From an uncultured delta proteobacterium (lineage in GTDB: Bacteria > Desulfobacterota > BSN033 > UBA1163), in assembly GCA_963708295.1 (NCBI GenBank), contig CAVPSJ010000013.1, positions 64,001-128,000 of the forward strand: DNA of 64,000 nucleotides, given 5' to 3'. The notes under the pieces were generated by a model. The model saw only the letters and a program-made list of their open reading frames with translations, did not search any database and was not told where the DNA came from. The translations under genes were made by a program, and so were the position numbers. Position 1 is the stretch's first letter; every line of letters begins with the position of its first letter. This document shows, piece after piece, positions 63,632 to 64,000 of this stretch.

Positions 63632-64000
63632 ATGGTGATTCCTCCCCTTGACTACAAAACTCCAACTACCATTCAAGAAGCGATCGAGCTTCTATCGAAG
63701 GCTGGCGGGAAGGCTAAAATTATTGCGGGAGGAACGGACCTCGTAATCGGGCTTCGGAATGGGGATCAGAAGGCGCAGTGCCTGATCGATATCACAAAGA
63801 TACCTGAGCTTCGGGGAGTTGACGAAAAAAATGGAACGGTTTTTCTCGGAGCTGCAGTCACCCACTCTGAAATTGCTTCTTCTTCCCTGGTGAAAAAATA
63901 CGGGGGAATACTATCCGATGCGGCATCCGAGATCGGTTCTCCACAGATCAGGAACCTCGGGACGATCGGAGGGAATATCGTCAATGCCTCTCCTGCGGCG
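63632..64000 (+). CDS. Xanthine dehydrogenase family FAD-binding subunit (partial, runs off window)
   Basis: MVIPPLDYKTPTTIQEA, IAGGTDL, IGSPQIRNLGTIGGNIVNASPAA. Confidence 0.9.
   Translation, partial: MVIPPLDYKTPTTIQEAIELLSKAGGKAKIIAGGTDLVIGLRNGDQKAQCLIDITKIPELRGVDEKNGTVFLGAAVTHSEIASSSLVKKYGGILSDAASEIGSPQIRNLGTIGGNIVNASPAA

Overview
Bacterial chromosomal window, probably a Desulfobacterota/deltaproteobacterium-like organism (inferred from gene order; not provable here). Almost all genes are on the + strand. (1) 0.3-24.7 kb: large ABC-transporter-dependent (Wzm/Wzt) surface polysaccharide locus with gmd/fcl, about ten glycosyltransferases and five methyltransferase-domain proteins. It has an AT-rich core and many single-base frameshifts. 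(2) 25.3-50.2 kb: intact housekeeping block (SDR epimerase, heptose kinase, dodecin, xerC-hslVU-argB-argD-argG-leuS-lptE-efp-epmA-THUMP methyltransferase-holA, rpsT, murJ, FAD oxidoreductase, pseudo-histidine kinase, rpmB, rel/spoT), plus a cysN-like relic. (3) 50.3-56.6 kb: YbhG/F/S/R-type ABC exporter and a TtcA-family gene. (4) 56.7-64 kb: catabolic cluster (signal-peptide-bearing nicotinamidase, XRE-cupin regulator, TRAP transporter, MmsA-type aldehyde dehydrogenase, xanthine-dehydrogenase-family 2Fe-2S and FAD subunits). The most striking unexplained signal is about 14 long hairpin elements built from inverted arrays of 7-, 8- or 9-nt repeats, mostly at gene junctions. One is inserted in frame into the LptE signal peptide. 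Two would, if folded, bring an upstream SD or stop codon next to an otherwise SD-less start codon. No rRNA, tRNA, CRISPR array or intact transposase was seen. All family assignments are from motif recognition by eye, not database searches.
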